NCBI RefSeq assembly: GCF_902459465.1 | Contig: NC_047069.1 | Location: forward strand, 4,650,001-4,714,000 | Source of the DNA: Asterias rubens | Taxonomy: Eukaryota | DNA: 64,000 nucleotides | Reading direction: 5' to 3' | Part shown: piece after piece, positions 34,801-46,300 of the stretch | Layout of the letters: every line of letters starts with the position of its first letter | Position numbering within the stretch: the first letter of the stretch is position 1 | Notes under the pieces: generated by a model | What the model saw: the letters and a program-made list of their open reading frames with translations, nothing else | What the model was told of the DNA's origin: nothing | Databases searched by the model: none | Program-made: the position numbers and the translations under genes

Positions 34801-37800
34801 TAAAAAAAAAGAATTGATGAAAATGATGATTTGTTTGAACAACAGATACTTGGTGCCATGCAACCATTTGATGGTCAGCCAGCGTAAAGCTATCCGACAG
34901 GTGGACCTGCACAGTAAGTCAGCAGACAGGTTCTTGTCGCTCCGACCGACCTGTTGCAAGACCAAACCCACTAAAGAGGAACCCAAAAAACCAGTGACAG
35001 TCCCAGCAGCTAGTGATGCCAACAGAATGTCCAATGGTAACTCGTCACCAGAGAAGAAACAGGTGAAACTTACTTTGCCGAGCCGTGTGTGGACCACCAG
35101 GGTTAAAGGCCAGATTGCCAAACAGCAAGAGCCTTCTCAAGCTGCCGACAAGCTCCCTTCATCGGCCAGTCAGCCAACAGAACATTCCTTGGAAGATTTT
35201 GAAACAAGTCAGGTGGAGTACCTCCTCGATGCCAAAGAGGGGATACAAGCCTGTACTCTCAGCACTCTGAATTGGTCTGCACCCTACGATGGACTCCACC
35301 CTCCCCCTGAAACTCTCAGTCCAGAGATTACGCCTGTTCATGAAAGGAAAAGGTCTTCATCCACTTTTGATATGTCTACAAATGCTCCCAACTCTGCAAC
35401 ATTTGCCGTATTAGCTGCCGATGAGGATACTGGATTATCATCAACTTATAAGTCTTATAGTGTAGCGGAATATCTTCCAAGACCTAGGGATAGAAAGCGA
35501 AGTGTTGACCCTAAACTAACCGCAACGATTCAGGAGGTGTTATCGTTGAAAATCGGAACTGATTGTGAAAGCGTGGACACCTCTGATGTCAATATCATTG
35601 ATTTATTCATGGATGAAAAGAATCAGAGTGCAGTTAACGGAGGTTCTCCAGAGAATGAGAACAAGTCCTCTCCAAAAAATGTAGAATTCAGGCCAGTAGA
35701 GAATGGTGTTGCCGACCATGCTGAAATGAAAGGAAGCAGGAACCACACAAGTGAGCCTCAACAGTCTGTGGACCAGAAGCCATTTGTAGAAAATACCCCA
35801 GGAAGCAGACCAGTTGCAAATGGTCATGACGGACAAACTAAACCATCAGGTAATCTACATACCACAGAACCCAATCAATCTGAAGATATTGTCAGTGAAC
35901 TCTCCACCCCAGAGAGCCGGGTAAGTTCGGGAAAATCCAGACCCAGAGATCTTAATGTTCCCTGTAAACACTCACAGGAATCTGATAGTGCCTTTTCTGG
36001 GAGCAACTCGCCAGTTTTAGACAGCAACTACAACGGTGGTAGCTCAATTCCTCGAGTCAACCCCATCGGAAGCTCTCACAAGGGCTCCCAGGTTGCCAAT
36101 TGGCTGCAAGCTCTTGGGGAGGACACTGACAGTGTCAACTTCATAGACTCTCTATCAGATGATCAAAAGAGACGAAAGAGACTCAGCCTGACCAGGCCTG
36201 AAATGGAGAGGGATAGCGACGAACCCTGTGTATTCTGGGAGTTTGACATTGAAGCTTCCCCTGAGGCTGTCTCATCAAAGAGGGCTTCCTCAGGAGGAGA
36301 CGGTATCAAGAATGAGGTTGATCAGATCCTGCATGGGCTGGGATTCAACGTTCCAAGGGGTGCAAACCACAAAACCAATTCGAACGGCGGAGCTTATAGA
36401 AATGCACTCAACAGTGAAGCCAGTGAAGCCAGCACCATTGAAACTCTAAACTCGTCCATGAATGAGAACCATTTCTCAATGCTCAACTCATCATTCCACT
36501 GGGACAGGAGCCTTAATGCCTCGGGTTTCTCAAATCAAAGTTTTAATAAATCACTGAGGTCCCACTCGTCACCTGTTCAAGGAACTGCACCCAGGTCTAT
36601 GTATACTCCAGTCGGAAGGACTATTGGTATGCCAACCACAGGTAAGATTCTTTACACTTTATTTTTACACTTTATATACTTGAACTTTAGACACCAAATG
36701 GTATCTTGATTTGATTTGCTTCATATCAATTTAGTACGTTCTTTATCTTTTGGGGGTTTCAAGAATGTAATGTGTTTTCTCCATTTGAAATAACATGTTA
36801 CATTTTATTTGATGTCAATGTCATGTTAATTTTGTTTGCACCATTTTGTAAGTCAGTGTCTATGTGTGTTACTGTAATAGAGTGTTATACAAAAGCTTGC
36901 CCCGAACCACTTGACATAGCAACTTCCTCTATAGTCTGAGGTATTTAAATCTTAGTGGTGTTTTGTGACTAAGCAAGTGAATGTACAATACTTTATTCAA
37001 ATCTATCTTGCAAATTGCTTATTGAGAGTTTGTGTTTCTTCTTGTCTGGTTGTTTAATAGGTCCCTTCATGGATGCCATCTTTGCGCGTCTGGATACCAT
37101 GATGCAGAACTCATTTTATGTTAATCTACTGCTGACTGGAATCGTAGCCAGACTAGCTTACTACCCACAGCCCCTCATTCGCTCGTATCTCCTCAATACA
37201 AGTATGGTATTCCAACCAAGTGTCAGGTCGCTTATACAGGTCAGTAATATTTCATATGATGGTTGACAATAAATATATGTCAAGTTTTCGGTGGTCGGGT
37301 TGGCATAGTGGTACAATGTACCTTTCCCCGCCTTCCACCTCCCGATTCCGATCATGGTGGAAAAGGTTTTCACTTTTTTGCCTTAAGTGGAATTCGAACC
37401 GGGGTCCCAGAGGTGAAAGGCGATGGAGGCAAGACACAACAACAACAACATGATCGCCCATAAACCAATGCTATGTACATGATGCAGCATCATCTGTAAC
37501 TAAATGCAGTATGTTTCTTTCCAATGTGTGCCATTTTGTTTATTTTGTTCATTATTAAGCACCATTATTTGCTAAGGACTTTGGTAGGGATCTTTTGATG
37601 TCCAATGCTTGTGTGTCATTTTAAATGTTTCCAATAACTTCCTGACCTGCATTATTTATTGTTCATTATTGTGTCTCATTCTTTGCTATGAGATGTAGCA
37701 GAGGTCTTTTGCTATCTAATGTTTGTGTGGCATTTTGAATTTATTTACTAACTGAATAACCTGCAGTATTTGCTGTTTATTATTGTGAATCATTATTTGC

Positions 37801-39699
37801 TAAGCAGAGGGCGTTTGCTGTCTAATGTTTGTGTGTCATTTTGAATGTGTCAAATAACTCAATGACCTCCATTATTTGCTGTTTATTATTGTGCATCATT
37901 CTTTGCTATGAACTGTAGCAGAGGTCTTTTGCTGTACAATGTTTGTGTGGCATTTTGAATTTGTTCTCTAACTGAATGACCTGCAATATTTGCTGTTCAT
38001 TATTGTGTCTCATTCTTTGCTATGAACTGTAGCAGAGGTCTTTTGCTATCTAATATGTGTATGTCATTATGAATTTGTTTACTAAAACTGAATGACCTGC
38101 AATATTTGCTATTAATTATTGTGAATCATTGCTATCTAATGTTTGTGTGACAACAGAATTTGTTCAATAACTTTAATGACCTGCATTATTTGTTGTTTAT
38201 TAGTGTGTCTTATTCTTTTCTATGAACTATAGCAGAGATATTTTGCTGTCTTATGTTTGCGTGTTGTTTTTATTTTCAACCATGTATTTGTGCTCACCTA
38301 GACCCTTGCCCATCAATTGCCAATTGTTTCATGGATTTGAATGAATTGTTTGTGTTGATTTGTTGAACTTTTTTATGTCAATATTTGCATTATTATGTCA
38401 ACTACCACTGATAATGAATGGTGTTGTTCATTTTTCTTTTTTCATGTAAATTATGTTTACTCAGCAAGTACTTTTACAATGCTTTTATTAAACCTTTGTG
38501 TATTATTTATTTAATTTTTTGTTTTGGTAAACAAGCTTAGTAAACTCATATTGTTTGTTTTGTGGGTATTTTGTTGTAGAATTTAAATTATTATTTCTTA
38601 GTTGTTAAGTAGTATCTTAGTTGTTAAGTAGTATACAAACAAATTAAAAGTAGTAACACTTCTTTTTCTTCTTACCTTATTTTAGTTATATGTTACCAAA
38701 AAAGTTTCAATTATTAGGCTTTGTTTCTTTTCTTAAACTTGTATTCTAGTTACATTTTCCCTAAAAAGTTTCAAGCATTAATTTGTTTTTCATATCCTTA
38801 TCCTGTCAGGTTCTCACAACAATAAGGAACAACTTAGATGCCTATGCAGCGACCATCCCCGAATTTGAAAACCTTCTTGTCCGGGCCAAGGAGTACCTTT
38901 TCATGAGGGAAGATGGCGACAGCGTTTATAAAGGACGCTCCCTCAATGAGAGTGAAGGGCTGGACAAAACTACGAGGCAACGAAGTGGATCGCTGAAGAG
39001 TAGTGGTGAGATGTGTTTCATATTTGCTCACAGTAAAGCCTGGTTCATACTTCCTGGGAATGCGAATGAGATTTTAATTTTGATGTCACAAATTTGCAAC
39101 GAGCAGTTGTGCTGTGGGCAACTCCTGCAAAACATTTACTGCAAAAACAGCCATTTGACGTCAAAATTCGCTTCGCGATTGCATTTGCGGGAAATATGAA
39201 CCAGACTTTTCCTGGTACCAGTTAGCCTTCAAGGCTTACCAAACATTCTTTTTTAAAGAACAACACTGGCTCTTTTCAGAGCCAACACTCCTCCACAAGA
39301 GATTTTATACATGGTTGTACTCGCAAGTTTACTATTTATAGTTAATTATGATCTTATTTTGCACACTCTATGAAAAAGTTCAACCACCAATTTTCTTTGT
39401 AATCAAAGGGTCTTTTTGTTTCTCTTCTCACAGTGACCCGCAAATCAAACGCCTTGGATCTCTTCCTACGCCGTGGCAGTCGTCGCAACAAATCAATCAG
39501 CGCGGCGGAGAAACAAAAGCTGTCCAGAATAAACGAAGCAGGGATGGCATTACCGGCTGCATCTGCAGAGTACCAGTCACTCAAGACAAGGAATGCTGTC
39601 TACTGCGCGGTCATTTTGGACGAGTTCCTTAAGGAACTGGCAGCCATTTCTCAAGAGCATGCTGTTGCGTTCAGTGAGCTGGAACTTGGATTAAGATAA
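16155..39699 (+). CDS. FHIP1A: FTS and Hook-interacting protein FHIP1 (FAM160A family), 1245 aa; exons 16155-16338, 16924-17339, 18138-18344, 18744-18902, 20261-20347, 32146-32313, 33256-33335, 34846-36641, 37061-37239, 38810-39005, 39434-39699
   Basis: Family motifs DPQACFEVFCSHWAQI, VLATGLGALYSRLP, LEFCNAVVQVAHP, LRYLVPCNHLMVSQR, GPFMDAIFARLDTMMQNSFYVNLLLTG and C-terminal NAVYCAVILDEFLKELAAISQEH. The 11 exons splice in frame (3738 nt). Probably co-orthologous to vertebrate FHIP1A and FHIP1B. Confidence 0.93.
16924..17339 (+). CDS. FHIP1A: FHIP1 coding exon 2
   Basis: ctccag acceptor, gtagaa donor; helical RAI16-like domain. Confidence 0.9.
18138..18344 (+). CDS. FHIP1A: FHIP1 coding exon 3
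   Basis: FLLFSLLIPFLHRDGKVGQQARDALL; canonical splice sites. Confidence 0.93.
18744..18902 (+). CDS. FHIP1A: FHIP1 coding exon 4
   Basis: VLATGLGALYSRLP...LEFCNAVVQ; canonical splice sites. Confidence 0.93.
20117..20164. repeat. 24-bp tandem duplication
   Basis: cttagtagttgaccaaaagctcta x2. Confidence 0.9.
20261..20347 (+). CDS. FHIP1A: FHIP1 coding exon 5
   Basis: VAHPIVSNQLIQYFHDGFLVPVIGPALHQ; followed by an 11.8-kb intron. Confidence 0.92.
21651..22042 (-). mobile_element. Kolobok-like MITE, same family as 55761-56146
   Basis: Near-full-length reverse copy inserted into a Penelope-like repeat remnant. Confidence 0.82.
22557..23430 (-). mobile_element. Kolobok-like MITE copy interrupted by the 22799-23337 element
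   Basis: Family sequence resumes exactly (…caatgttttata | ctatcaacc…) on either side of the insertion. Confidence 0.8.
22799..23337. mobile_element. Helentron/HINE-like or otherwise unclassified hairpin element nested in a Kolobok-like MITE
   Basis: 12-bp inverted repeat ttataacacccc (22799) / ggggtgttataa (23157); ~168-bp terminal hairpin at 23170-23338; internal 32-bp tandem repeat; interrupts the host MITE at tata. Confidence 0.65.
25355..25727 (-). mobile_element. Kolobok-like MITE with verified TTAA TSD
   Basis: Inserted into another repeat; the empty-site paralogue gactttaagattttcc is at 48231-48246. Confidence 0.87.
25848..26269 (-). mobile_element. tRNA-derived SINE with (TTA)n tail
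   Basis: Reverse strand reads gagcggttaagagcaccgagttc...gtgggttcgaatccc (A/B-box-like); ends in an (ATA)n microsatellite; near-identical copy at 40360-40653. Confidence 0.8.
28125..28660 (+). mobile_element. Kolobok-like MITE with a Harbinger-like MITE (28484-28647) nested in its right TIR
   Basis: Family sequence; right TIR gtgtccag|insert|cagtgcc shows a CAG duplication. Confidence 0.75.
30048..30250 (-). mobile_element. SINE 3' fragment, second family (relatives at 18395-18550 + and 32638-32730 -)
   Basis: Shared ggagctgagaaag...ccaatgaccagg...gtaaagcgcattgag...ataagaactagtt tail. Confidence 0.6.
31815..32076. mobile_element. Inverted pair of Penelope-like terminal-repeat remnants
   Basis: Two ~120-bp diverged arms in inverted orientation with a ctgaaga-c-stem-gaa(a)cg motif; relatives at 4541-4665, 21537-21650, 39255-39335. 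Confidence 0.5.
32146..32313 (+). CDS. FHIP1A: FHIP1 coding exon 6
   Basis: EIVAATAYVNLFLTSIT; canonical splice sites. Confidence 0.92.
32391..32637. mobile_element. Harbinger-like MITE
   Basis: TIRs ggcccaatttcatagagctgcttaagc / gcttaagcagctagctctatgaaattggccc; CTG on both flanks. Confidence 0.75.
33256..33335 (+). CDS. FHIP1A: FHIP1 coding exon 7
   Basis: LCLVTLSLFDTLVNLNCEDFMLELILR; phases 0/2. Confidence 0.92.
33394..33541. mobile_element. Short MITE (gggtcgatttcacaaagagttaggactagt family) nested in a larger Harbinger-like element 33365-34009
   Basis: TIR pair; relatives at 8459-8587, 28484-28647, 48310-48440; outer element has gcccttttcacacg/cgtgtgaaaggggc TIRs. Confidence 0.72.
34846..36641 (+). 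CDS. FHIP1A: FHIP1 coding exon 8 (1.8 kb, largely disordered S/E/D-rich linker)
   Basis: Open frame; begins YLVPCNHLMVSQR, ends GMPTTG; aacag acceptor, gtaaga donor. Confidence 0.92.
37061..37239 (+). CDS. FHIP1A: FHIP1 coding exon 9
   Basis: GPFMDAIFARLD...FQPSVRSLIQ. Confidence 0.93.
37520..38270. repeat. Degenerate ~105-116-bp minisatellite, ~6-7 copies, FHIP1 intron 9
   Basis: Recurring (g/a)acct(g/c)ca...atttgctgt(t)ttattattgtg...cattctttgctatgaactgtagcagaggtcttttgct; edges approximate. Confidence 0.85.
38810..39005 (+). CDS. FHIP1A: FHIP1 coding exon 10
   Basis: VLTTIRNNLDAYAA...; canonical splice sites. Confidence 0.9.
39434..39699 (+). CDS. FHIP1A: FHIP1 terminal coding exon
   Basis: NAVYCAVILDEFLKELAAISQEHAV, TAA stop. 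Confidence 0.93.
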
Positions 39700-40359
39700 A
39701 AGACTAATGGGAGATTTTTGAGACGCTGACGGCAGCAGACATAACGGTCGTTTTTGTGGCTCCGCAGTTTTGCGAGCGTAGGTCTGGACACATGCACTAC
39801 TGGTCAGAATTGTGCAAAAGGACCGTCAAAAAGTCTCCCATTGTGGCAACAAGAAAGACAAGAAGACTCAGCAAATAGTAGATTTTTAAACAACTTTTAA
39901 AAGAATTTTTAGCCATATAATATTTTTTATGAATCGTCAATCTCTTCTTTTTTTTCTTTTCTTTTTAAAATATATGGTTATTTTGAGTGTACCAAGGTTT
40001 ATATGAATAAGTGTCTTTTTTCCAAACATTCCTGGCTTCTGTTGGTGGTTAGTAATTCAATATGCAATGCACACACACATTGGTGGGATGCTAGGGATTA
40101 TTTGCTACGTCTGGCTCCAAAGCTGGAACCAAAGTGTTTAAAGTTTGGTGCGGTTTACGGTAGATTTATACAACACTTTGTTACTCAAGATGCAAGATAC
40201 AAGATACAAGATGCATGGATACATATCTGAGTAACATTATTTGACCACCATTCTCCTAAATCCTTCAAAGTTCATTTCACTTGGTCTGATTACAGAGAAT
40301 TGAGGACTACCAACATGAATAACAGTTGCTTTTTTACCATAAAACTGTTCTTCTTTTGT

Positions 40360-40653
40360 TTATACAATAACAGGTCTTATATAGCGCGCGTACTACCAAT
40401 AAGGTACTCAAGGCGCTGAGTATATACAAACTTTCAGAAAGATAGGTTATTGCAGTGATGAGTTCTGAGACCCAATTATTTAGCACCTTATAAGGGTTTA
40501 CAAGGTGCTACGGCGCATGCAGCAGCCACAGCCAGGAACACCGGGGCGAACCCCTTCTCTTTTCGATAAGTGCACTGGGTTCTTTTACATGCGTTGAACA
40601 ACACATGGGACCAACGGCTTTACGTCCCATCCGAATGACAAAGCAATGGTTAA
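40360..40653 (-). mobile_element. SINE, same family as 25848-26269, head disrupted by a MITE
   Basis: High identity to 25885-26170. Confidence 0.78.
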
Positions 40654-40987
40654 AGGCAGTGGACACTATTGGTAATTGTCAAAGACCAGCCTTCACAGTT
40701 GGTGTATCTCAACAAATGCATAAAATAACAAACCTGTGAAAATTTGAGCTCAATCGGTCATCGAACTTGCGAGATGATAATGGAAAAAAAAAAAAACCTT
40801 GTCACACGAAGTTGTGTGCGTTTAGATAGTTGATTTCGGGACCTCATGTTTAGAACTTGAGGTCTCGAAATCAAATTCGTGGAAAATTACTTCTTTCTCG
40901 AAAACTATGGCACTTCAGAGGGAGCCATTTCTCACAATGTTTTATGCCATCAACCTCTCCCTATTACTCGTCACCAAGAAAGGTTTT
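40650..40987 (-). mobile_element. Kolobok-like MITE (truncated) inserted into a SINE
   Basis: Starts at SINE-internal atggttaa|aggcagtggacac; SINE sequence resumes near 40990. Confidence 0.75.
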
Positions 40988-41852
40988 ACACAAGTGTTAC
41001 GGTTGGGGATTCAAAGATTAGCACAGATTAGCAGATTACCAGGGAATTTCCGTTATGCACGTGCGAGCTCCACATTACTGGACATTCTTTCCTTCCACCA
41101 TATACACAGCTAGCACAGAAATTTGGTGTTTGCCCTGTAAGCGAGTAATTGGAGAGCAGAATGTAAACAATTACTTCAATATCTTTTCTTTTGACTTATC
41201 AGCAAAACTATTTTCAGGACATTAAAATAACTTTGTTTTTGTTTGGGAACCTTTGGTGTTTTTTTATATCGATGACAAATGTTTTTGTTTGTGTGCTTCT
41301 GCTGATATTTGTCAAATATTAACTCTGTCTTTCCATGGTAAATCACTTGTATTGTTCTACAAACGTGTGTGTTTTCAAATAGTGCCAAAGTATCCAATTG
41401 TACAGAAACAATTAATATCAGGGTTATTTTGTATCTAATCTCTTGAAAGAAAACAAAGAATAATAATCTTACAGTGCTCATGTTTCTTAAATGAAAGAAT
41501 AGTCAAACATATATATATATCATAAAACAAAAAGGGGTAAAAGTTGTAGGTGTGATACTGACTGAACATTTTTTTTCTGAGCGTCGCAAAATATTAATAA
41601 TTGTTCTTTGTGGTGAATGATACAGACATCTGTTATGGAATGGGAAAATAACAGATAAATTATGGATATTTGAAAGAAAGCACTCAGAAAGTATTACATT
41701 TTTCTTAACTTGTATTAATGATTTCTTTCTGAGTATAAAAGCTGTTAAAACTTCCCTTCTGTACAACATATAAATACTTCTGCTTGAGATACCAAACATT
41801 GCAAGAACGTTGACATTCAGACTCAAAGATTGAATGTTGTAAACTTGAAACC

Positions 41853-42138
41853 AGGGCCCAATTTCATAGCGCTGCTTAGCGGCCGATTTTGTGCTTACTG
41901 TGCAATTTCTGTTTCATAGCGCTGCTAACCGTAAGCACACAAAAAGGCATGCTAACCTTCCGGTGCTTACCGCACGAAAATAAATTACGTCACAATGCAA
42001 ATCCACGGTAAACACGCAAGATGGCCGCCCAATTTTTCTGCTAACCTGTGAAATATGCTAAGGCTTGAGCAAATTTTTCTGCTACAGTAAGCACGCAAAT
42101 TTGCTTACCGTTAAGCAGCGCTATGAAATTGGGCCCTG
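41853..42138. mobile_element. Harbinger-like MITE
   Basis: TIRs gggcccaatttcatagcgctgctta / taagcagcgctatgaaattgggccc. Confidence 0.78.
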
Positions 42139-42965
42139 TTAAGTACCTACAGTCCTGGTCGATAAACATGTACACTTCCGTCTGAAATACAGTCATGATC
42201 AAGAAATTTTGCCCCGAATACAAAATTTGTATTTTCTTTTGGCATATCAAAATTATCATGCAATAAACAAGCTCAGATACAATAGATAAAGCTGTTCATC
42301 AGAGTTTCCTCAAACAGGAAATCTCGTACTTATTTTATGAAGTTTTTTTATGGGTTATTTGTATGTTGTGTTTATTGAAAACAACATTTTTAATTTTGAA
42401 ATGCTATCCTATGAAGGGAAGGAACAAAAATAAACAGACCTTAGAAAGTTAAGGAGTTACCTCAACGTACCAAGGTAGAGACAAAAAAAAACAGTGAGGG
42501 ACCTTACTATCCTATAATAGTCAAAGAGATGCCTCAACTATCATAGGAAGAAAAGAATGCTTAACATACATTTGAAATAATTATGAAATGACACAGACTT
42601 AACTAGTTAAAGTTTAAAAGAATGTACGTATGAACATGTATTGTTCCCTCAAATACTAATCAATGTCTAACCAGGGATGCTCTGATAAAATTGTGTATTG
42701 AAGTGTAAGTTACAAAATGTACATCACGGGCAAATCTACCAATGTATGTAAATATCTAATTGCACAAAACAGTGTGTGACATTTCTATTGAAGATTTTGG
42801 TACTAAAGTGAACAAATAATTATACAAATGAAATTGACAGAGCTTTACGCAGTTAGAGTACATTAATCGGATGTCAAGTTTAAACGGTGTAAATACAGGT
42901 AACTCAAATTGGCATCATCAAAGGATAGATTGTAGGTTCTGTTCCCAATTTCATAAAGCTGTGAA

Positions 42966-43347
42966 AGGCACTGGACACTACCGGTATTGGTAATTACTCA
43001 AAATAATTGTTAGCGTAAAAAATTACTTGGTACCAAGCAATGGGGAGCTGTTGATAGTATAAAACATTGTGAGAAATGTCTCCCTCTGAAGTAACAAAGG
43101 TTTAAAGAAAAAATTAATTTTCCACTAAAATTTTTTTATTTGATTTCGAGACCTCAGAATTAGATTTTGCATTTTGAAAGCACACAACTTCGTGCAACAA
43201 GGGTGTTTTTTCTTCCATTATTATCTCACAACTTCGACGACGAATTGAGTTCAAATTTTCACAGGTTTATTATTTTCTGCATAATGTTGAGATACTCCAA
43301 GTGAGAAGACTGGTCTTTGAAATAATACCAAAGGTGTCCTGTGTTTT
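42966..43347 (+). mobile_element. Kolobok-like MITE, diverged copy
   Basis: aaggcactggacac...aaggtgtcctgtgtttttaa; family internal sequence. Confidence 0.75.
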
Positions 43348-46300
43348 TAAGCAGAAAATACTGCTGAACAAATTTCGTTGTTTAGCAAGTGGAGCACCAG
43401 GCAAATGTAATTTTGGCTGGTAACCTGTTTCTGCTAAGCGATACTATTCTATGCTCAGCAAGTTTTTGTACTTGCAGGCTTTATGAAATTGGGCCCTGTT
43501 CCTTAGGACTTTAACTCAAACATCCAGTATTATAAGCCGTAAATAACGGTTCATACATAAATCTAGAGTAGTTCTGTAATGTATTTTTTACTAATTAAAG
43601 CCATCACTATATTTTAGCCATTTTAAATTTGAGGTAGTATTTTTAATGTTGAGGATGACAGAACGTTAATGCGAGAGAAAAAGAAAACATGTACATATTT
43701 TTTAATGTATTATTCAAATGTTCCTGGAAAATTAATATTTGGTAAGAAGATCAAGAGTATATTTTTTACAAATTTTAATGGAAATTTTAACGAGTAAATT
43801 AATAATTTGTGCAGGGTCTGGCTATTTTATCAAACAGTGATGATCAGCTACAAAGAAACAAAATGCAAAATAAACAGCAAGCAAACTTTAGTGTGCTTGT
43901 TAGCTTGTGCATATCTTTACATGGTTCAGCTATTTGCATGCAGGAGCGGACATGGTTAATTTTTTTGGGGTGGATTCCGAGGACTAGTCTGCAGTTTGGA
44001 CTGTTTTTGTGAAATTGACCCCTGATCTATTCACATGCAAAACATGATACATGTACACTGACACACAGTCCCCTTTGTATTACTGCTGTGTTTTTCTGTT
44101 CTTCAATAGCGAACCCAGAAAGTAATATAATTGGCCTGGGGTGTTTGGGGGGGAGGGTGTTACTTTTGTAGTGTGCTATAAATTAAGTAGGCATTGGATT
44201 AATTTTGCTGTTTGGGGTTGGGGAGGGGGGGGGGGGCGCATCCGCATAACTAGATCTGCCTTTGTTCTTGTAAATGTTTCTTTGTTTCTGTATATATTTT
44301 TCATTCCAGCTATCCTTATTTGATTCCTGTATTGTCAAGTTGCTGATTCTTAAGCTAACAATAAGTTTAGCATTTAAATAAATTATGTATTCATTTTTAT
44401 GTAGAACATTTTAAGTTGAGTGGAAAAATCTGCATTTTTTTTATGATCTGTTTTTATCAATACGACATACTAATCAATTTATTAAGTTTAAAGGGTTGAT
44501 ATCATTTGTATTTTTCTTAACCGCCCTTCTTGGCAAGGAAAACACATGATTAATTGTATTTGCTTATTTAGTATCGGTTATAATAACTTTGTCTTTTGTT
44601 TCTGAGAGGACCTCGGATACTTTTATTTGGTTTTATCTTCTACCTTTGGGAATACTGTAACCACTGTCCATGAGACTGTTGCTGCCACTTTAGCAGAATT
44701 TGTTTTGACTAAGCAAGAAATAACCAGGGTACCAGTTGCATCGATGTTAACTGTATGGTGTTCTGGTTGGTAACCTATTTTTGCTGAAAATTTGGCCCTT
44801 AAGTCATGTTCCTCTTTCTGCAATAGCTGTCAATGGGTCAGACTTTTCAGAGATGGGTTGTTGGACCCTGGAAAAGGGGTGATGAATCATCTGTGCGTTG
44901 CCCTTATCAAAAGTCGTTATCAGTATTTCCACAACACATGTCTCCAGAATCTGATTCAGGATTTAGTATTGTCCATGTATGGGTTTGCATTTCATGTTGT
45001 GAGAAATCATTCTAAATGGATTAAATTTCAGGGGAAGATCAACTGACATCAGGCAAAGAAACAGCTGAACTATAAATTTAGTGTAAAATCCATTTGGACG
45101 AGTAGTTATCAAACACTTGCTCTTCAACTTTCAGGGACGATTCCTTTAAATTAATATGGAGTTTTTACTTTTGACGAAATTTATAAGCAAATTGAAAAAG
45201 TAACACAAAGTTTGAGGAATTTCCTAAATAACAATATACAAATTGATGGAAATTGTTACATTTTAGACAATTTCCACAATATTCTCATTAAAGTAAACTA
45301 GCACAATTTTATGTTCAGCTTGTTGGGGGTGATTTGAAAATATATAAAATGCTATTAGCTTATCTGGATTTAAAGAAATTTTGATTTGGGTTGTTTGTAT
45401 TCTGTGAAAAGAATCTGTGATCTATCCCTTACATGTTATGTTCCTGTTATTTTGCAATGCATTTATCAAAAGTAAAACATACTTTTACAGTAAAAAAGGA
45501 ATAACTGTCTTGCCAAATATATTCGGATGTTTTTCTTTGTAAATATAAATAATTTGAGATACTTTGAGAAACAATAAAATAAAAGCAAATTGACAAAGTG
45601 TCGACAAGAGATAATTTCCTTTGTGTTTAAAAGTTAAGTTTTATTCAAACATGGCAGATGTATTTAATTACAGATGTATTTAATTGATATGAAGTTTGAA
45701 AACAATGTTTACAATTAACAAACTAAAGCATGTTGCACTACTAGTTTAATTTTATATTAAAAAAATGATAAAATATAATCAGCTGCTGGAAACTGCTTAA
45801 ACCGATTATAAGAGCACAGGTGTTGTTACTGCACACATAGTTTGGCCTGACATTTCAACCCTTCCCCTAGCAGATGGCAACAAAACACAACACACATAAA
45901 CAGGTATATAACACGTTATAAGTTGAAATACATGAATAAAGAGAGATGAGCAAAAAGCACACAGAAAATACAAATAAACCAAAGGAGACAAAGGGGGAAG
46001 GGCTTAGTTTGGCCACACAAATACGTCAATAAAAATGTTTGGTAAAATGAGTTGATTTAAAAAGTTGACTGCTAGATAAAATGCAAAAAGTATCTCTCAC
46101 GAAGATCGGGCAGTTTAAATTATACTTTACACAGATGATGCACAAGTTACTTCATACATGAGCTAGTACACAAAAGTAAACAATCCTTTGAGAATACAAA
46201 TTACCATCTGTACTTTTTTTGTAACCAATGTTTCTTCAAAATAATTGCAGCTGTTTTCTCATTGCCTCGGTGTCCCCTACTTCATTTTCAAAGACACGTT

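Noticed and set aside
34846-36641. Large low-complexity insert in FHIP1 as a novel domain
   Set aside because: FHIP1-family proteins normally have a long, poorly conserved disordered linker at this position
44623-45046. Overlapping short ORFs between FHIP1 and METTL7
   Set aside because: No recognisable domain or coherent splice sites; likely UTR or intergenic noise
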